DNA from: an uncultured Verrucomicrobiae bacterium
GTDB lineage: Bacteria; Verrucomicrobiota; Verrucomicrobiia; Palsa-1439
Reading direction: 5' to 3'
DNA: 64,000 nt
NCBI GenBank assembly: GCA_963812605.1
Contig: CAWEWF010000005.1
Span: forward strand, 32,001-96,000
This document shows positions 1-10,221 of the stretch, one piece after another. Numbering within the stretch: the first letter of the stretch is position 1; every line of letters starts with the position of its first letter. Under the pieces are notes generated by a model. It ran no database searches, was not told the DNA's origin, and was given only the letters and a program-made list of their open reading frames with translations. A program made the position numbers and the translations under genes.

Positions 1-369
1 TCAAAACGAGGCCCGGCCAGCCGTCGCTTTCACCATTACAGAGCCGGTAGCCGTTCGTCTGGGAATCAAAAAGGTTGCGTCGTCGGTCGAGTGTCGCGGT
101 CAGGTGCTGCTGCCACCAGGCGCCATCCACCTTTTGCGGCTTGCCGACATGCAACATGCGGACGCGGATGGTCCCTCGGGATCAAACAGCCCCATACCCA
201 GGAATTGATCCTTCCGGTCATAAATGACGGCTAGATCGCCCGCCTGGCCGGCGCGGTTTTGCTCGCGAATGCTGTCAGAAAAGAGCCACGGATGGCCCGA
301 GCGCAAAATCGATTCCGCCTTCTGTGAGACCCGCAGCCGGAAGGGCGGATTTGATTCAGAGTTGGTCAT
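1..369 (-). CDS. rlmI: RlmI-family SAM-dependent rRNA methyltransferase, N-terminal part (runs off the window; 1-nt frameshift at ~170)
   Basis: PUA-like [13 protein letters not shown]. Adding one C at 170-171 continues as GPIRVRML...[19 protein letters not shown], typical of the RlmI family. ATG at 369. Confidence 0.75.
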
Positions 370-474
370 CAAGCGTGAGGATACCATTCTGGCGGGCTAC
401 GAAAGAAGTCTGGCGTGGAGTTGACTTTCGAACGGCGGAATGTCATTCACTGTCCACTCTTTGTTCTCATATAA

Positions 475-3150
475 ATGAAAAGACTCCATTTTCTGTTTTT
501 CGCGTCGGCCGCGCTCCTCGTCGTGTTCTCTGCGCGCCCGTCCAATGCCCAATTCATTTCCGACAAAAACGAGCTCCGCGCGACGCTCAAGAATGGGCTG
601 CGCGTGGTGATTGTCCGCAATCCGTTGGCGCCGGTGGTGACCACGGTGGTCAATTACGAGGTCGGGTCGGATGAAGCGCCGGAGGGATTTCCGGGGATGG
701 CCCATGCGCTGGAGCACATGATGTTTCGCGGCAACCCGGACCTCACTGCGGACCAACTCGCCCATATTTCCGCGGCGATGGGCGGGAACTTCGACGCGAA
801 CACGCAGCAGACCCTCACCCAATATAATTTTACGGTTCCCGCCGACGACCTGGAGTTGGCGTTGCATGTCGAATCGCTACGGATGCGCGGCATCCTCGGC
901 ACCGATGAGTTGTGGGGGAAGGAGCGGGGAGCGATTGAACAGGAAGTGGCCCAGGACCTCTCCAATCCCGAATACCTGCTTTACAGCAAGCTGCTGGAAG
1001 CTGTGTTCGCCGGCACGCCCTACGCCCATGACGCCTTGGGCACGCGACCGTCCTTCGACAAGACGACTGGCGCGATGCTGAGAGATTTTTATGGCAAATG
1101 GTATGCGCCCAATAACGCGATTCTGGTCATTGTTGGCGACGTGGAACCGAAAGCCACCCTCGCGACAGTGAAACGGTTGTTCGAAAACATTCCATCAAAG
1201 AAACTGCCGCATCATCCCCATATTGATTTACAGCCGGTCAAACCCGCAACGCTTCAGATGACCAGCGATCTCTCGTACGGGCTGGCCGTGATCACGTTTC
1301 GCCTGCCCGGTTCGGATAGTTCCGACGATGCCGCTGCGCAGGTTCTGGACGACGTGTTGTCGAGCCATCGCGGCAATTTGTATGCGCTGGTGCCGGCGGG
1401 GAAGGCGCTGTCGGTGGAATTCGCGCTGGGTTCGTTGCCAAAAGCGAGCCTGGCCTACGCGATGGGCACGTTCCCGAAAGGCGGCGATGGCGCGGCTTTG
1501 ATCAAAGAAATGCAGGCCGTCATCGCCGGGTACGTGAAGCACGGGTTCCCTCGCGATTTGGTCGAGGCGGAGAAACGTCACGAGGTCGCCGACGCGGAGT
1601 TTGAGAAAAACTCGGTGGAAGGGCTGGCCATGTCCTGGTCGGCGGCCCTGGCCCTGGAACATCACCGCTCGCCTGACGAAGACATCGAGGAAATCAAACG
1701 CGTCACGGTTTCCGATGTCAATCGCGTCGCGCGCCAATACCTGGACCTCGATCACGCCATCGTGACCGTGATGACACCGGAGGATTCCGGGAAACCGACT
1801 TCCTCCTCGACCTACGGCGGTCACGAATCGTTTACGTCCAAAGAAGCGGCCACCGTGCCGCTGCCCGACTGGGCTGCCGCGCAATTGTCGCGCGTCCCGG
1901 GCGTCCCGTCGTCCACGGTGCATCCGGTGGTGACCACGTTCACGAACGGGCTGCAACTTATCGTGCAACCCGAGACGATCAGCGATACGGTCAATGTCGA
2001 CGGCCGCGTGCGCAACTATCCGGGGTTGGAAATGCCCGAGGGACAGGAGGGCGTGGACCAGGTGCTCGATAATCTGTTCTCGTTTGGCACCGAGTCACTC
2101 GACCGCGTGGCTTTTCAAAAGGCGCTGGACGACATCGGCGCGAACGAGTCCGCCGGCACCGGTTTTGAAGTGGATGTCCTGACCAAATACTTCGACCGCG
2201 GGACGCAACTGCTGGCGGACAACCTTTTGCATCCGGCCCTGCCGGAGGCGGCATTCAAAACCGTTCGCAAACAAGTCGCGGACGCGGTGGCGGGTTCGCT
2301 GGAGAGCCCGGATTACCTGAGCCAGCGGGCGTTGCTAGGCGCACTCTTTCCGAAGGGCGACCCGGGGTTGCGCCAGGCGACGACCTCCAGCGTGAGCGCG
2401 CTGACGTTGGACAATGTGCGCGCCTATCACCAGCACGTTTTCCGTCCCGACCTGACGACCATCGTGGTCATCGGGAACGTCACACCCGACCAGGCGAAAA
2501 CCGTCATCGGGAAATGGTTTGGTGATTGGACGGCGACCGGGCCGAAGCCGGAGACGGTTCCACCGCCGATTTCCAACAATGTAGCGTCGGTCATTGTCGT
2601 TCCCGACAAGAGCCGCGTGCAAGACAAGGCGGTCCTCGCGGAAACCCTCGGCTTGAACCGCTATGACCCGGATTATTATCCCCTGCAACTGGGCAACCTC
2701 GTGCTCGGCGGCGCGTTCTACGCGACCCGGCTCTACCGCGACCTGCGCAAGGACAGCGGGCTGGTGTACACCGTGCAGTCAGCGTTCGATGTCGGCAAGA
2801 CGCGGGCGATTTACGAGGTGGAATTCGGCTGCGATCCGCCCAACGTCTCGAAAGCCCGGGCCATCATCGAGCGCAACTTGAAAGACATGCAGACCAAGCC
2901 CGTGACCGCGGACGAATTGCAGCAGGCCAAGGCGCAATGGCTCCGTGAAATTCCGCTTTCCGAGTCCAGCATTGGCAACATCGCGTCCACACTGCTCTCG
3001 CTCGCCACGCGCGACCTCCCGCTCGACGAACCCACCCGCGCCGCCCAACGCTGCAGCACCCTGACCGCCGAAGAAGTGCAAACCGCCTTCGCCAAATGGC
3101 TGCACCCCGCCGATCTGGTCCAAGCCGTGCAGGGGCCGGAACCGAAGTGA
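475..3150 (+). CDS. Secreted M16-family (pitrilysin/insulinase-like) zinc peptidase, two halves fused
   Basis: Signal peptide; inverted HxxEH motif GMAHALEHMMFRG; WYAPNNA; second half with SGLVY; 891 aa. Confidence 0.92.
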   Translation: MKRLHFLFFASAALLVVFSARPSNAQFISDKNELRATLKNGLRVVIVRNPLAPVVTTVVNYEVGSDEAPEGFPGMAHALEHMMFRGNPDLTADQLAHISAAMGGNFDANTQQTLTQYNFTVPADDLELALHVESLRMRGILGTDELWGKERGAIEQEVAQDLSNPEYLLYSKLLEAVFAGTPYAHDALGTRPSFDKTTGAMLRDFYGKWYAPNNAILVIVGDVEPKATLATVKRLFENIPSKKLPHHPHIDLQPVKPATLQMTSDLSYGLAVITFRLPGSDSSDDAAAQVLDDVLSSHRGNLYALVPAGKALSVEFALGSLPKASLAYAMGTFPKGGDGAALIKEMQAVIAGYVKHGFPRDLVEAEKRHEVADAEFEKNSVEGLAMSWSAALALEHHRSPDEDIEEIKRVTVSDVNRVARQYLDLDHAIVTVMTPEDSGKPTSSSTYGGHESFTSKEAATVPLPDWAAAQLSRVPGVPSSTVHPVVTTFTNGLQLIVQPETISDTVNVDGRVRNYPGLEMPEGQEGVDQVLDNLFSFGTESLDRVAFQKALDDIGANESAGTGFEVDVLTKYFDRGTQLLADNLLHPALPEAAFKTVRKQVADAVAGSLESPDYLSQRALLGALFPKGDPGLRQATTSSVSALTLDNVRAYHQHVFRPDLTTIVVIGNVTPDQAKTVIGKWFGDWTATGPKPETVPPPISNNVASVIVVPDKSRVQDKAVLAETLGLNRYDPDYYPLQLGNLVLGGAFYATRLYRDLRKDSGLVYTVQSAFDVGKTRAIYEVEFGCDPPNVSKARAIIERNLKDMQTKPVTADELQQAKAQWLREIPLSESSIGNIASTLLSLATRDLPLDEPTRAAQRCSTLTAEEVQTAFAKWLHPADLVQAVQGPEPK

Positions 3151-3156
3151 ACGGAT

Positions 3157-3191
3157 TTAACATTCAACGTCCAACGTCGAACGTTCAACGT
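3157..3191. repeat. Five tandem heptamers (YNAACRT)
   Basis: TTAACAT TCAACGT CCAACGT CGAACGT TCAACGT directly after the M16 stop. Confidence 0.75.
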
Positions 3192-3296
3192 TGAAGGGAT
3201 ATGGAAACGACCGCAGGAGCCAGCTTGTGTAGCGGCTCGCCTTTCTTTCTCGCTTGTCCGATGTTGACGACCTGACCCGATTTCTTCCGCCTAAGT

Positions 3297-3968
3297 TCAG
3301 CGACGGGGGGAAGCCCCATTCGTTGGAGGATATGATCCGACGTTGGAAGTCATCTTAACGCTTGCTTCAAGCACGATAACTGTGTCGGTCGCAACCTGTG
3401 CATACTCAATTGTGAACTTCTTGCCGGCATAGTACAGCATCCACGGGTATTTCTGTGGCGGCTCGGAAATCCTGAATTGAAACTCGCCCTTGTTATCTGT
3501 GACCTGCCGGCACTGATACCAGAATCCCCTTTGCGGTATCCGCAGCTCGACCTCGGCATATATGATAGGCACGACTTGGTCATTCGCTCGCTCTACGATA
3601 CGCCCTCTCAAAACTTTCCCTTCTGTCATTACGACCCTCAGGGGAGAGTCAGCAGGCTTGACCTTATAGAGGAATGTTGGCGCGTGTGAACCGCCATCGA
3701 ACTGGAGATCAACCAAAGGATCTGAACGCGGAAGGGGAATGCTGAATCTTCCCTCCTTGTCGGTAAAGTGGAACGAAGGCGCTCCGCCGTAAGAAATATG
3801 GCCTTCTGAAGGCAGCGGGAAACCACTGACGCTACATCTCACGCTCTCTATGGGTTTGCCGTCTCCATTAACTACTACTCCCGTTACTTCAGTTTGCGCA
3901 AAGCTGTGATGCACAAGCTGCGGGAACAGTATGCCGCAAATAAGAAGACTCAATCGCGATGATTTCAT
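3297..3968 (-). CDS. Exported protein with carboxypeptidase-regulatory-like (beta-sandwich) repeats
   Basis: Signal peptide; VTGVVVNGDGKPI, TDKEGRF and TDNKGEFQF motifs; visibly more AT-rich than neighbours. Confidence 0.65.
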   Translation of the reverse strand: MKSSRLSLLICGILFPQLVHHSFAQTEVTGVVVNGDGKPIESVRCSVSGFPLPSEGHISYGGAPSFHFTDKEGRFSIPLPRSDPLVDLQFDGGSHAPTFLYKVKPADSPLRVVMTEGKVLRGRIVERANDQVVPIIYAEVELRIPQRGFWYQCRQVTDNKGEFQFRISEPPQKYPWMLYYAGKKFTIEYAQVATDTVIVLEASVKMTSNVGSYPPTNGASPRR

Positions 3969-4064
3969 TTTCCTATGCCCAACGAATCAAGGCACGCCGC
4001 AATGCATTACGAGCCTACAAACGCCATTAAACAGCTGATTGAAGCGCGAAGAAAGCCAAATTTG

Positions 4065-4700
4065 TCACGGCTCGGGTTCAATGGGTTGGAATTGTTGGGT
4101 GGAGAGATCGTAGGCGAAGAGTTCGGCGGTGGCGATTTGGAAGAACCAACCGTGCAGGCGGAGGGTGCCGGCGGCGAGGCGCGTGGCGACGGCCTGATAC
4201 GTGTGTAAATTCTCCAGAGCGAACAAGACGTTCTCTCCGGCGGCGGCGGTTGTGCGCGCGTCGCGGTCGGTGAGGTGCTGGTAGTGGCGGTCCATCAATT
4301 CGCGGACGGGAGCTGCCGTGGCAATCCATTCCTGCAAATGCGGGGTTTCCGGCGACTCCGGCAAACCGTCGAGTAGCGCCATCATCGCCCCGCACTGCGA
4401 ATGGCCGCAAACCACAACGTCGCTGACGCCAAGTATTTTTACCGCAAACTCGATGGCTGCGGCGGTCGAATTTCGGCCAGGGACATCGGCACGGGGGACG
4501 ATGTTGCCGACGTTTTTCACCACAAAAAGGTCGCCGGGCTGGCTCTGCGTGATCAATTCCGCCAGGACGCGCGAGTCCGAGCAGGTGATGAACAGCGTGT
4601 GCGGATTCTGTTCCTCCCGCGAAAGACGACGAAACAGTTTGCGGTATTTTCCGAGTTCGTCCTGCTGGAATTTATGAACGCCCGCGATGAGTTGTTGCAT
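4065..4700 (-). CDS. Beta-class carbonic anhydrase
   Basis: CSDSR and GHSQCG zinc ligands; PGDLFVVKNVGN. Confidence 0.93.
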   Translation of the reverse strand: MQQLIAGVHKFQQDELGKYRKLFRRLSREEQNPHTLFITCSDSRVLAELITQSQPGDLFVVKNVGNIVPRADVPGRNSTAAAIEFAVKILGVSDVVVCGHSQCGAMMALLDGLPESPETPHLQEWIATAAPVRELMDRHYQHLTDRDARTTAAAGENVLFALENLHTYQAVATRLAAGTLRLHGWFFQIATAELFAYDLSTQQFQPIEPEP

Positions 4701-4866
4701 GGTCAACCGCTGTTATTTTTGCGGAGCCGGTCCCTCCGGCTCTGGTACAAACTTCGGAACGTGCGAGCGGTGTTCGGCTGCGCGATTTGCAATCTCCCTC
4801 GAAAACCGCAAGCGGGACGTTCGCGCTACCAAGCGAAAACATTGCAGACCTAACAGGGATTGTTCC

Positions 4867-4892
4867 CCGAGTCGTAAACGCGGCTCCGGTTG
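4867..4892. repeat. 26-bp hairpin repeat, copy 1 (copy 2 at 37704-37729)
   Basis: CCGAGTCGTAAACGCGGCTCCGGTTG vs CCGAGTCGTGAACGCGGCTTGGGTTG, 23/26 identical. Confidence 0.6.
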
Positions 4893-4912
4893 ACTCGTTG
4901 GTGTTTGGTCCT

Positions 4913-7900
4913 TTATGGCACCAGCACGCGGACGCGGTAGTATCGCGCGGGCTGGTTCGTTGCCCCGCCCGGATCCACCATGTTGGTCACCATACCCAGA
5001 CCGATGCCGCCACTGAGGACATCAGTCACGCCGGCGCTGGCGAAGTTGTTGCTGTTGTAGCTGCCGTTCGTGCCCGCGGTGAACTCCAGCACGTTGGTGC
5101 GCGACGCGAGGCCGGGCGAGTATGTGCTATCGCCGCTGGCTCCCAGATAGTCCACCCGGATGTCAGTACCGCTGTTCGTCTTGGAGATACTGGTGATGTG
5201 AACGTACGCCGCGGCGTTGGTGGGATTGAATCCCGCCAGGAACTGGTTGGTATTGCTCATCCCTTTGCCCAGCGGATCGGCGCCCGGCCCGCTAAACGAC
5301 GGGTTACCCAGTTCAGCCATGGAGAAGTAATTGCTCTGCCACGTGGTGAATGGATCCGCTGGCGGCGGCGAATTGGTGGCCACGAGGAAGTTGTAAACGG
5401 CCGTATAGTTCGTTGACAGGGCCATCCTGGAAATCAAGAAGCCCGGCTGAGCGTTTTCCGAGCAATAATTGTCAATGTCGACAGACCCGAATCCGGTCGG
5501 CTGGTCCGGACCTTGATAGCCGGTTAAACCGGCCACGTCGGGTCCGTCGTGCGCGTCCCAGGCCATGGCGAACAGACTGGCGGTGCTGTTGTTTGTCGGG
5601 TTGACAAATACCCAGGCGTTGGAATTGACGCTGTCTTCCGCGATAATCACGATATAGTTTGTGAAGTAGGTGCGCGGAGTTGTGCCATGGTAGAAGGAAT
5701 CGCCGCCGTTGACCTTGGTGTTCCACACGTAGTGTCCGCTTCCATTATCGTTGACGGCGGTCCGGGCATCGTTGTACGTGACATTGGCAGTGGGACTATC
5801 CGCGGGCCCCGTGGGGAGGAGTGTGAAGTCCCACGTGTTGGGCGCGGCTGGCGCACTGGTGACGGTGATCGAAATACCCAGATAGGCGAATGCCGTGGCG
5901 TCGGTAACGACCGAACCGGCGATGTTCTTGGCGGGTTCCTCATCCATTTGCGAACCCGCGCAGTTATTCCCGACACCGGGCGGAGTGAAGAGCACGCCGT
6001 TGACGATCTGATAGCCGTTGTCATTGAGGCCGGGGGTGGGGTTGTACCAATTATTCTGGCCGACGATGTCACCATTAGAGTACGTGCTGAAATCGTCGAA
6101 GAACCCGAACCCGACCTGAAGGGTGACCGTGCGCGAGGGGAGGGCAGCGCCGGCGTTGACGTTGGTAAACACAAGCGTGTCCGAGTAAGCGCCCAACGGC
6201 AGGGTATTGGCACTGGCGCTGACGATGGAAACGGTGATGTTCGTGGTCGAGCCGGCGGGCAAGCTGCCGCTCGTGGCGCTGAGCGTGTCCCAACTGGCCG
6301 ATGTGCCCGCGGTCCAGGATATAGCATTGGGAGTCACGTTGGTGAGCGTGTAGGTGTAACTGGACGGCGCAAACGGTCCGCCGAACTCACCGATCGCAAG
6401 ATAGTTGGATGTCGGCGTAATGAAGATCGCAAAGTCGTTCAGCGTGGCAATGGGTGAGGCCACTACTGGGCCGCCCGCGCCACCGGTGTGAAAGAGCAGC
6501 CGATCCGAATAAGTGAAACCGCCGGCGTCTGAGTTGGCGGTTGAGTTGGGAGTCACAGTGACGTTGGTGGTGGCACCGGGAGCCAGCGTGCCGCTGGATG
6601 GAGTGACCGTGGCCCAAATACCGCCGCTTGTTGGGATAATCGTCACGGTAAAATTCTGAGTTCCGCTGCCCAGGTTGGCGACCGAGTACGTGACGCCGTT
6701 TGTCGGGGAGAACGGACCGCCCTGCGGCCCGGAGAAATACGGACCGAATGGCGGGCCGACCGAAATCACACCTGCACCGGCGCTGATGGTGCCCGAGTCG
6801 CCTCCCTGCGGGGCAAACGCGATGCCGCGGGTATTGATCAGGCTGGCATTGACCCCCGGAGGCTTTAATAATACGTGATTTCCGTTGGCGGAGCCGAAAG
6901 GACTGCCGCCATTAATCGAGGAATTGGCCGAGCCCGCGAACCCGCTCATGTCAACGAATGGGTACAGGACGTTGAACGGGGTGACGGTACCGCCTTCCGT
7001 AATGTAAAGCGTGACATTGGTCCCGTTTTTCACTCCCGTTACCCCGGTGGCGCCCTCGGCGTAAATATATCCGAAGTTGACCCACGCGTTACTGGATGGG
7101 ATGTAGCAATACTTCACCACACCGCCCGAATGTCCCAAGGGTTCACCCGGAGCGTTGGTGTTATTGTCAGCGACATAGAGCGTGTCCGGAGCGGCGCCTC
7201 CGTTGAGACTGAACATGCAGAATGCCCACGGGCTGCCGATGGCGGGCGAACTGGTGATGCTATTGCCCATGACCCCGGCCAGATACAAAAAATTGGAATT
7301 AACAAAGGAGGTCGGCAAGGAGCCGCCGAACGGGTTGACTGCCACACTGGCGTTCGTCGCACCGCCAACGGCGTGGTTGGCGGAATAGTAGAGGGTCTTG
7401 TTGTAAATGCCGAAAGTCCGGCCGTTGAACCTCGAGACTTCCTCCACCTGCGTCGAAACCATCGATCCCCGCGTCGTATACTTACCGCCCATCGCGTTCC
7501 CCTCGCCCACATGCCAGATGTTGGTGCCATCGAGGCTCACCGCGGTGTGGATATCGTTGGCATCCTCGTTGGCGTCGATCAGGGTCGTGGTCGTATAGAT
7601 GTGGCCGTTCCCGTCCACCAATCCGATCACCCGGGACACCTGACCAACCACGCCGGTGGTAGTCGTTGTGGCGAGATCCTGTGTCGCTTGTCCGAAGGTC
7701 GCCCCGTACCCGGCGAAGGAAAGGTACCGGCCATCCGTCGAGAGGCACAGCTCGCCATCGCCGAGCGTCGTGCCCGACATAATCAGCGGACCGTTGGCGC
7801 CGACCCAGTTGGTTGGCATCAGAATCGATTGGACCGGGGTCGGGTTGTTAAAGGTCCCGGCCGCCGCCCAAATAGCGTTGGTAGTATACTCATCGAGGTA

Positions 7901-8053
7901 GACCGAATTGCCGGTATTGGTCAGGGCCTGCGTCCCATCGCCGACGCGGACGATGACGATGTTGCCCGCTCCAAACGGGGCCGCGACCGCGTTCATCCCC
8001 AGCGCCCCTACCGCCAGCGCCGCAACCAACCCGAACATATTTTTTATTTTCAT
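4913..8053 (-). CDS. Large secreted surface protein with two BACON-like domains and a verrucomicrobial-type C-terminal domain
   Basis: Signal peptide MKIKNMFGLVAALAVGALG after AAGGA SD; GPFSP/GPFAP...TYTLTN BACON-like units; C-term DPFTTWQ...FLAGFNPTN...ARYYRVRVLVP. Confidence 0.75.
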   Translation of the reverse strand: MKIKNMFGLVAALAVGALGMNAVAAPFGAGNIVIVRVGDGTQALTNTGNSVYLDEYTTNAIWAAAGTFNNPTPVQSILMPTNWVGANGPLIMSGTTLGDGELCLSTDGRYLSFAGYGATFGQATQDLATTTTTGVVGQVSRVIGLVDGNGHIYTTTTLIDANEDANDIHTAVSLDGTNIWHVGEGNAMGGKYTTRGSMVSTQVEEVSRFNGRTFGIYNKTLYYSANHAVGGATNASVAVNPFGGSLPTSFVNSNFLYLAGVMGNSITSSPAIGSPWAFCMFSLNGGAAPDTLYVADNNTNAPGEPLGHSGGVVKYCYIPSSNAWVNFGYIYAEGATGVTGVKNGTNVTLYITEGGTVTPFNVLYPFVDMSGFAGSANSSINGGSPFGSANGNHVLLKPPGVNASLINTRGIAFAPQGGDSGTISAGAGVISVGPPFGPYFSGPQGGPFSPTNGVTYSVANLGSGTQNFTVTIIPTSGGIWATVTPSSGTLAPGATTNVTVTPNSTANSDAGGFTYSDRLLFHTGGAGGPVVASPIATLNDFAIFITPTSNYLAIGEFGGPFAPSSYTYTLTNVTPNAISWTAGTSASWDTLSATSGSLPAGSTTNITVSIVSASANTLPLGAYSDTLVFTNVNAGAALPSRTVTLQVGFGFFDDFSTYSNGDIVGQNNWYNPTPGLNDNGYQIVNGVLFTPPGVGNNCAGSQMDEEPAKNIAGSVVTDATAFAYLGISITVTSAPAAPNTWDFTLLPTGPADSPTANVTYNDARTAVNDNGSGHYVWNTKVNGGDSFYHGTTPRTYFTNYIVIIAEDSVNSNAWVFVNPTNNSTASLFAMAWDAHDGPDVAGLTGYQGPDQPTGFGSVDIDNYCSENAQPGFLISRMALSTNYTAVYNFLVATNSPPPADPFTTWQSNYFSMAELGNPSFSGPGADPLGKGMSNTNQFLAGFNPTNAAAYVHITSISKTNSGTDIRVDYLGASGDSTYSPGLASRTNVLEFTAGTNGSYNSNNFASAGVTDVLSGGIGLGMVTNMVDPGGATNQPARYYRVRVLVP

Positions 8054-8220
8054 TTCCATATCCTTTCCCTGTGGCCCTTCCAACCAGCGATCATGAAAGT
8101 TCCATGTTTAGCCGATACGAGAACGCGCGCGAACGCCACCCTTTGTCTCCCAGGTGACATCCATCCGCTTGGTTCGTTAAATTTTCGCGACATTCGTGTC
8201 TTGTCCCTGGGTAATCCGCA

Positions 8221-9009
8221 TCAATTCTGACTCGTGTTCGCATCGAGGAAGAACCACCAGTGGTACGGTATACCGTTTGCCCAGTCGCCGCCGGAGCTAC
8301 TATCATCCCACTGGATGTTGCTCAGTGGCGTAGGGCAGAGCGTATTACCCGACCTGCAGAAAGCGGCCAGCGTGATCCATTCCACATGTCCATCACCGAG
8401 AACGAAATTCGAGCCGCCGGAGTGGCGCGTCACCATGTCATACGCTCCATTGGTTTCTGGAAACTTGTCTTCCACTTCCTCGCAAAAGACGATCGTGGTG
8501 GAGGGCGCCACCATCCGGTCGCGTCGGAATCCAACCGAGGTCGTGCCTTCCTCGTGTATGCACGTACTGAGCGAGTAATAGAAGACGGCATTATTCGGCG
8601 CAATGTTCGGTGTTTTGTTGACCGCGCTCGGACAGACGAAGATGCTATGCCCGGTGCGCGGGGTTGGCGCGAGGTTGTTGGCATACAGCGTGCACAGGGG
8701 CTTCTGCTGGAGGTACGGAGTAACGACATTAAACCAGGCGTTGCTGTTAGCAAAGGCACAGGGTGGATTGTTGTAGCTGCCATCGTAGGGGTAGTACTCG
8801 TTCCAGTCATCGCAGTACATGTCCAGCCCCACTGCCCACTGGTGCATGTTACTGACACAGACTGCGGCATTGCCTTTCTCTCGGGCCTTGTTCAGGGCAG
8901 GTAGCAACATCGCCGCCAGAATGCTGATGATGACAATGACCACCAGCAACTCGATGAGCGTGAAGGCGCGAGTTTTTCTCCGAAACCAAATGACAGTCAC
9001 CTTTGGCAT
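8221..9009 (-). CDS. Prepilin-type N-terminal cleavage/methylation protein (DUF1559-like, H-X9-DG motif)
   Basis: AFTLIELLVVIVIISILAAMLLPALNKARE; CVSNMHQW; RHSGGSNFVLGDGHVE; GGAGG SD before ATG 9009. Confidence 0.92.
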   Translation of the reverse strand: MPKVTVIWFRRKTRAFTLIELLVVIVIISILAAMLLPALNKAREKGNAAVCVSNMHQWAVGLDMYCDDWNEYYPYDGSYNNPPCAFANSNAWFNVVTPYLQQKPLCTLYANNLAPTPRTGHSIFVCPSAVNKTPNIAPNNAVFYYSLSTCIHEEGTTSVGFRRDRMVAPSTTIVFCEEVEDKFPETNGAYDMVTRHSGGSNFVLGDGHVEWITLAAFCRSGNTLCPTPLSNIQWDDSSSGGDWANGIPYHWWFFLDANTSQN

Positions 9010-9194
9010 CTCGATCCTCCGTGCGCGCCGTTTGGAACCCTCGCTCTGTTCCCCAACGGCCATTGTTAGTGGCCCTACCAATCAACGATCTATTTGGTTA
9101 CGTCTACCTAGCATCTGAATAAAAGAAAAATCTGGACAATTCAATAACAAAAGCACCGGTTCTGTGATTTTTTTTGGACTGGGCGTGGATGTCC

Positions 9195-9310
9195 TCTGTA
9201 TCCGCCCTCATCAAGCTGCGCTACTTCATCGGCATGACAACTACGGAAGTTGCTGACATCCGAGGCGTTTCCGAGCCAACTGCGAGGGGCCGCCGGGCTG
9301 ATGCCCATAA
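9195..9310 (+). pseudogene. Remnant of an ECF sigma factor region 4
   Basis: Translates as SALIKLRYFIGMTTTEVADIRGVSEPTARGRRADA, like the C-terminal HTH of PVC-type ECF sigma factors; no region 2 upstream. Confidence 0.55.
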
Positions 9311-9349
9311 CTGCGGAGCTTTGCAACACGTTGCTGGCAATTTGGGAGT

Positions 9350-9381
9350 TTGCAGGCGGTTTTTGCAAATGGGCTCGTTTT
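9350..9381. repeat. Half copy of the AAACGAACCC-type palindromic repeat at 21371-21489
   Basis: 30/32 identity to 21438-21469. Confidence 0.8.
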
Positions 9382-9553
9382 TTGGGTGGGAGCGCTTGGA
9401 ATGGTGAAGGCGCTTTGGTTGTGAGAAGGGTTGTTGGTGTCGAGGGAGACGGTTGCCGCAAACAACAGCGGCGTCTTGTCTGACTCGGCTCGACAAGCTC
9501 AACATGACAAACCGGGGAGAAAAGACCAGAAAGAGACGGTCCCTGCAAGTTTC

Positions 9554-9583
9554 TTGACAGGCGAATGGCATGGCAAATAGAGT
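9554..9583 (+). promoter_or_regulatory. sigma70 promoter, leaderless arrangement
   Basis: TTGACA-18nt-TAGAGT, 6 nt before ATG 9590, no SD. Confidence 0.6.
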
Positions 9584-9589
9584 GACGCT

Positions 9590-10174
9590 ATGAAGACGAT
9601 TGCGCGTTCTCTTTGGATTTCAGCGATTTTTCTCCTGTTCACCAGCGTGGGCGCACAAGCCCATATCTTGCCCAATGACGTGCATGGATTTGGCAGCGGG
9701 TTCGCGCATCCCTTGCACGGGCTCGATCACATTCTGGCGATGGTGGCGGTCGGCTTGTGGGCGGGGCAACTCGGGGGCCGGGCGCGCTGGCTGGTGCCGG
9801 CGAGTTTTGTCGGCGTGATGGTGCTTGGCGGAGCGCTGGCGATGGCCGGGCTGCATGTGCCCTATACGGAAGAGGGGATTTTGCTTTCGGTGTTGGTACT
9901 GGGAATCCTGATTGCCGTGGCCACGCGGTTTCCGCTGCCCGCGAGCATGGCGATGGTTGGTCTCTTCGCATTTTTTCACGGGCATTCCCACGGCATGGAG
10001 ATGCCGGCGAATGCGGTCGGCTACGCGTATGGTGCGGGTTTCGCGCTGGCGACCGTGCTGCTGCACGCGAGCGGCATTGGGTTGGCGTACGCTGTGCATT
10101 CCGTGAAACTGCCGGTCGTGCGCTGGGCCGGCGCGGCGATTGCCTTGGCGGGGATTTGTCTTTGGGCGTTCTAG
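9590..10174 (+). CDS. HupE/UreJ-family Ni/Co transporter
   Basis: Signal peptide ending AQAH; GFAHPLHGLDHILAMVAVGLW; FHGHSHGMEMP. Confidence 0.93.
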   Translation: MKTIARSLWISAIFLLFTSVGAQAHILPNDVHGFGSGFAHPLHGLDHILAMVAVGLWAGQLGGRARWLVPASFVGVMVLGGALAMAGLHVPYTEEGILLSVLVLGILIAVATRFPLPASMAMVGLFAFFHGHSHGMEMPANAVGYAYGAGFALATVLLHASGIGLAYAVHSVKLPVVRWAGAAIALAGICLWAF

Positions 10175-10221
10175 TTGACGGACGGAACGCGAACAGTTGA
10201 TTACCTTTTAAGGAGACCACT

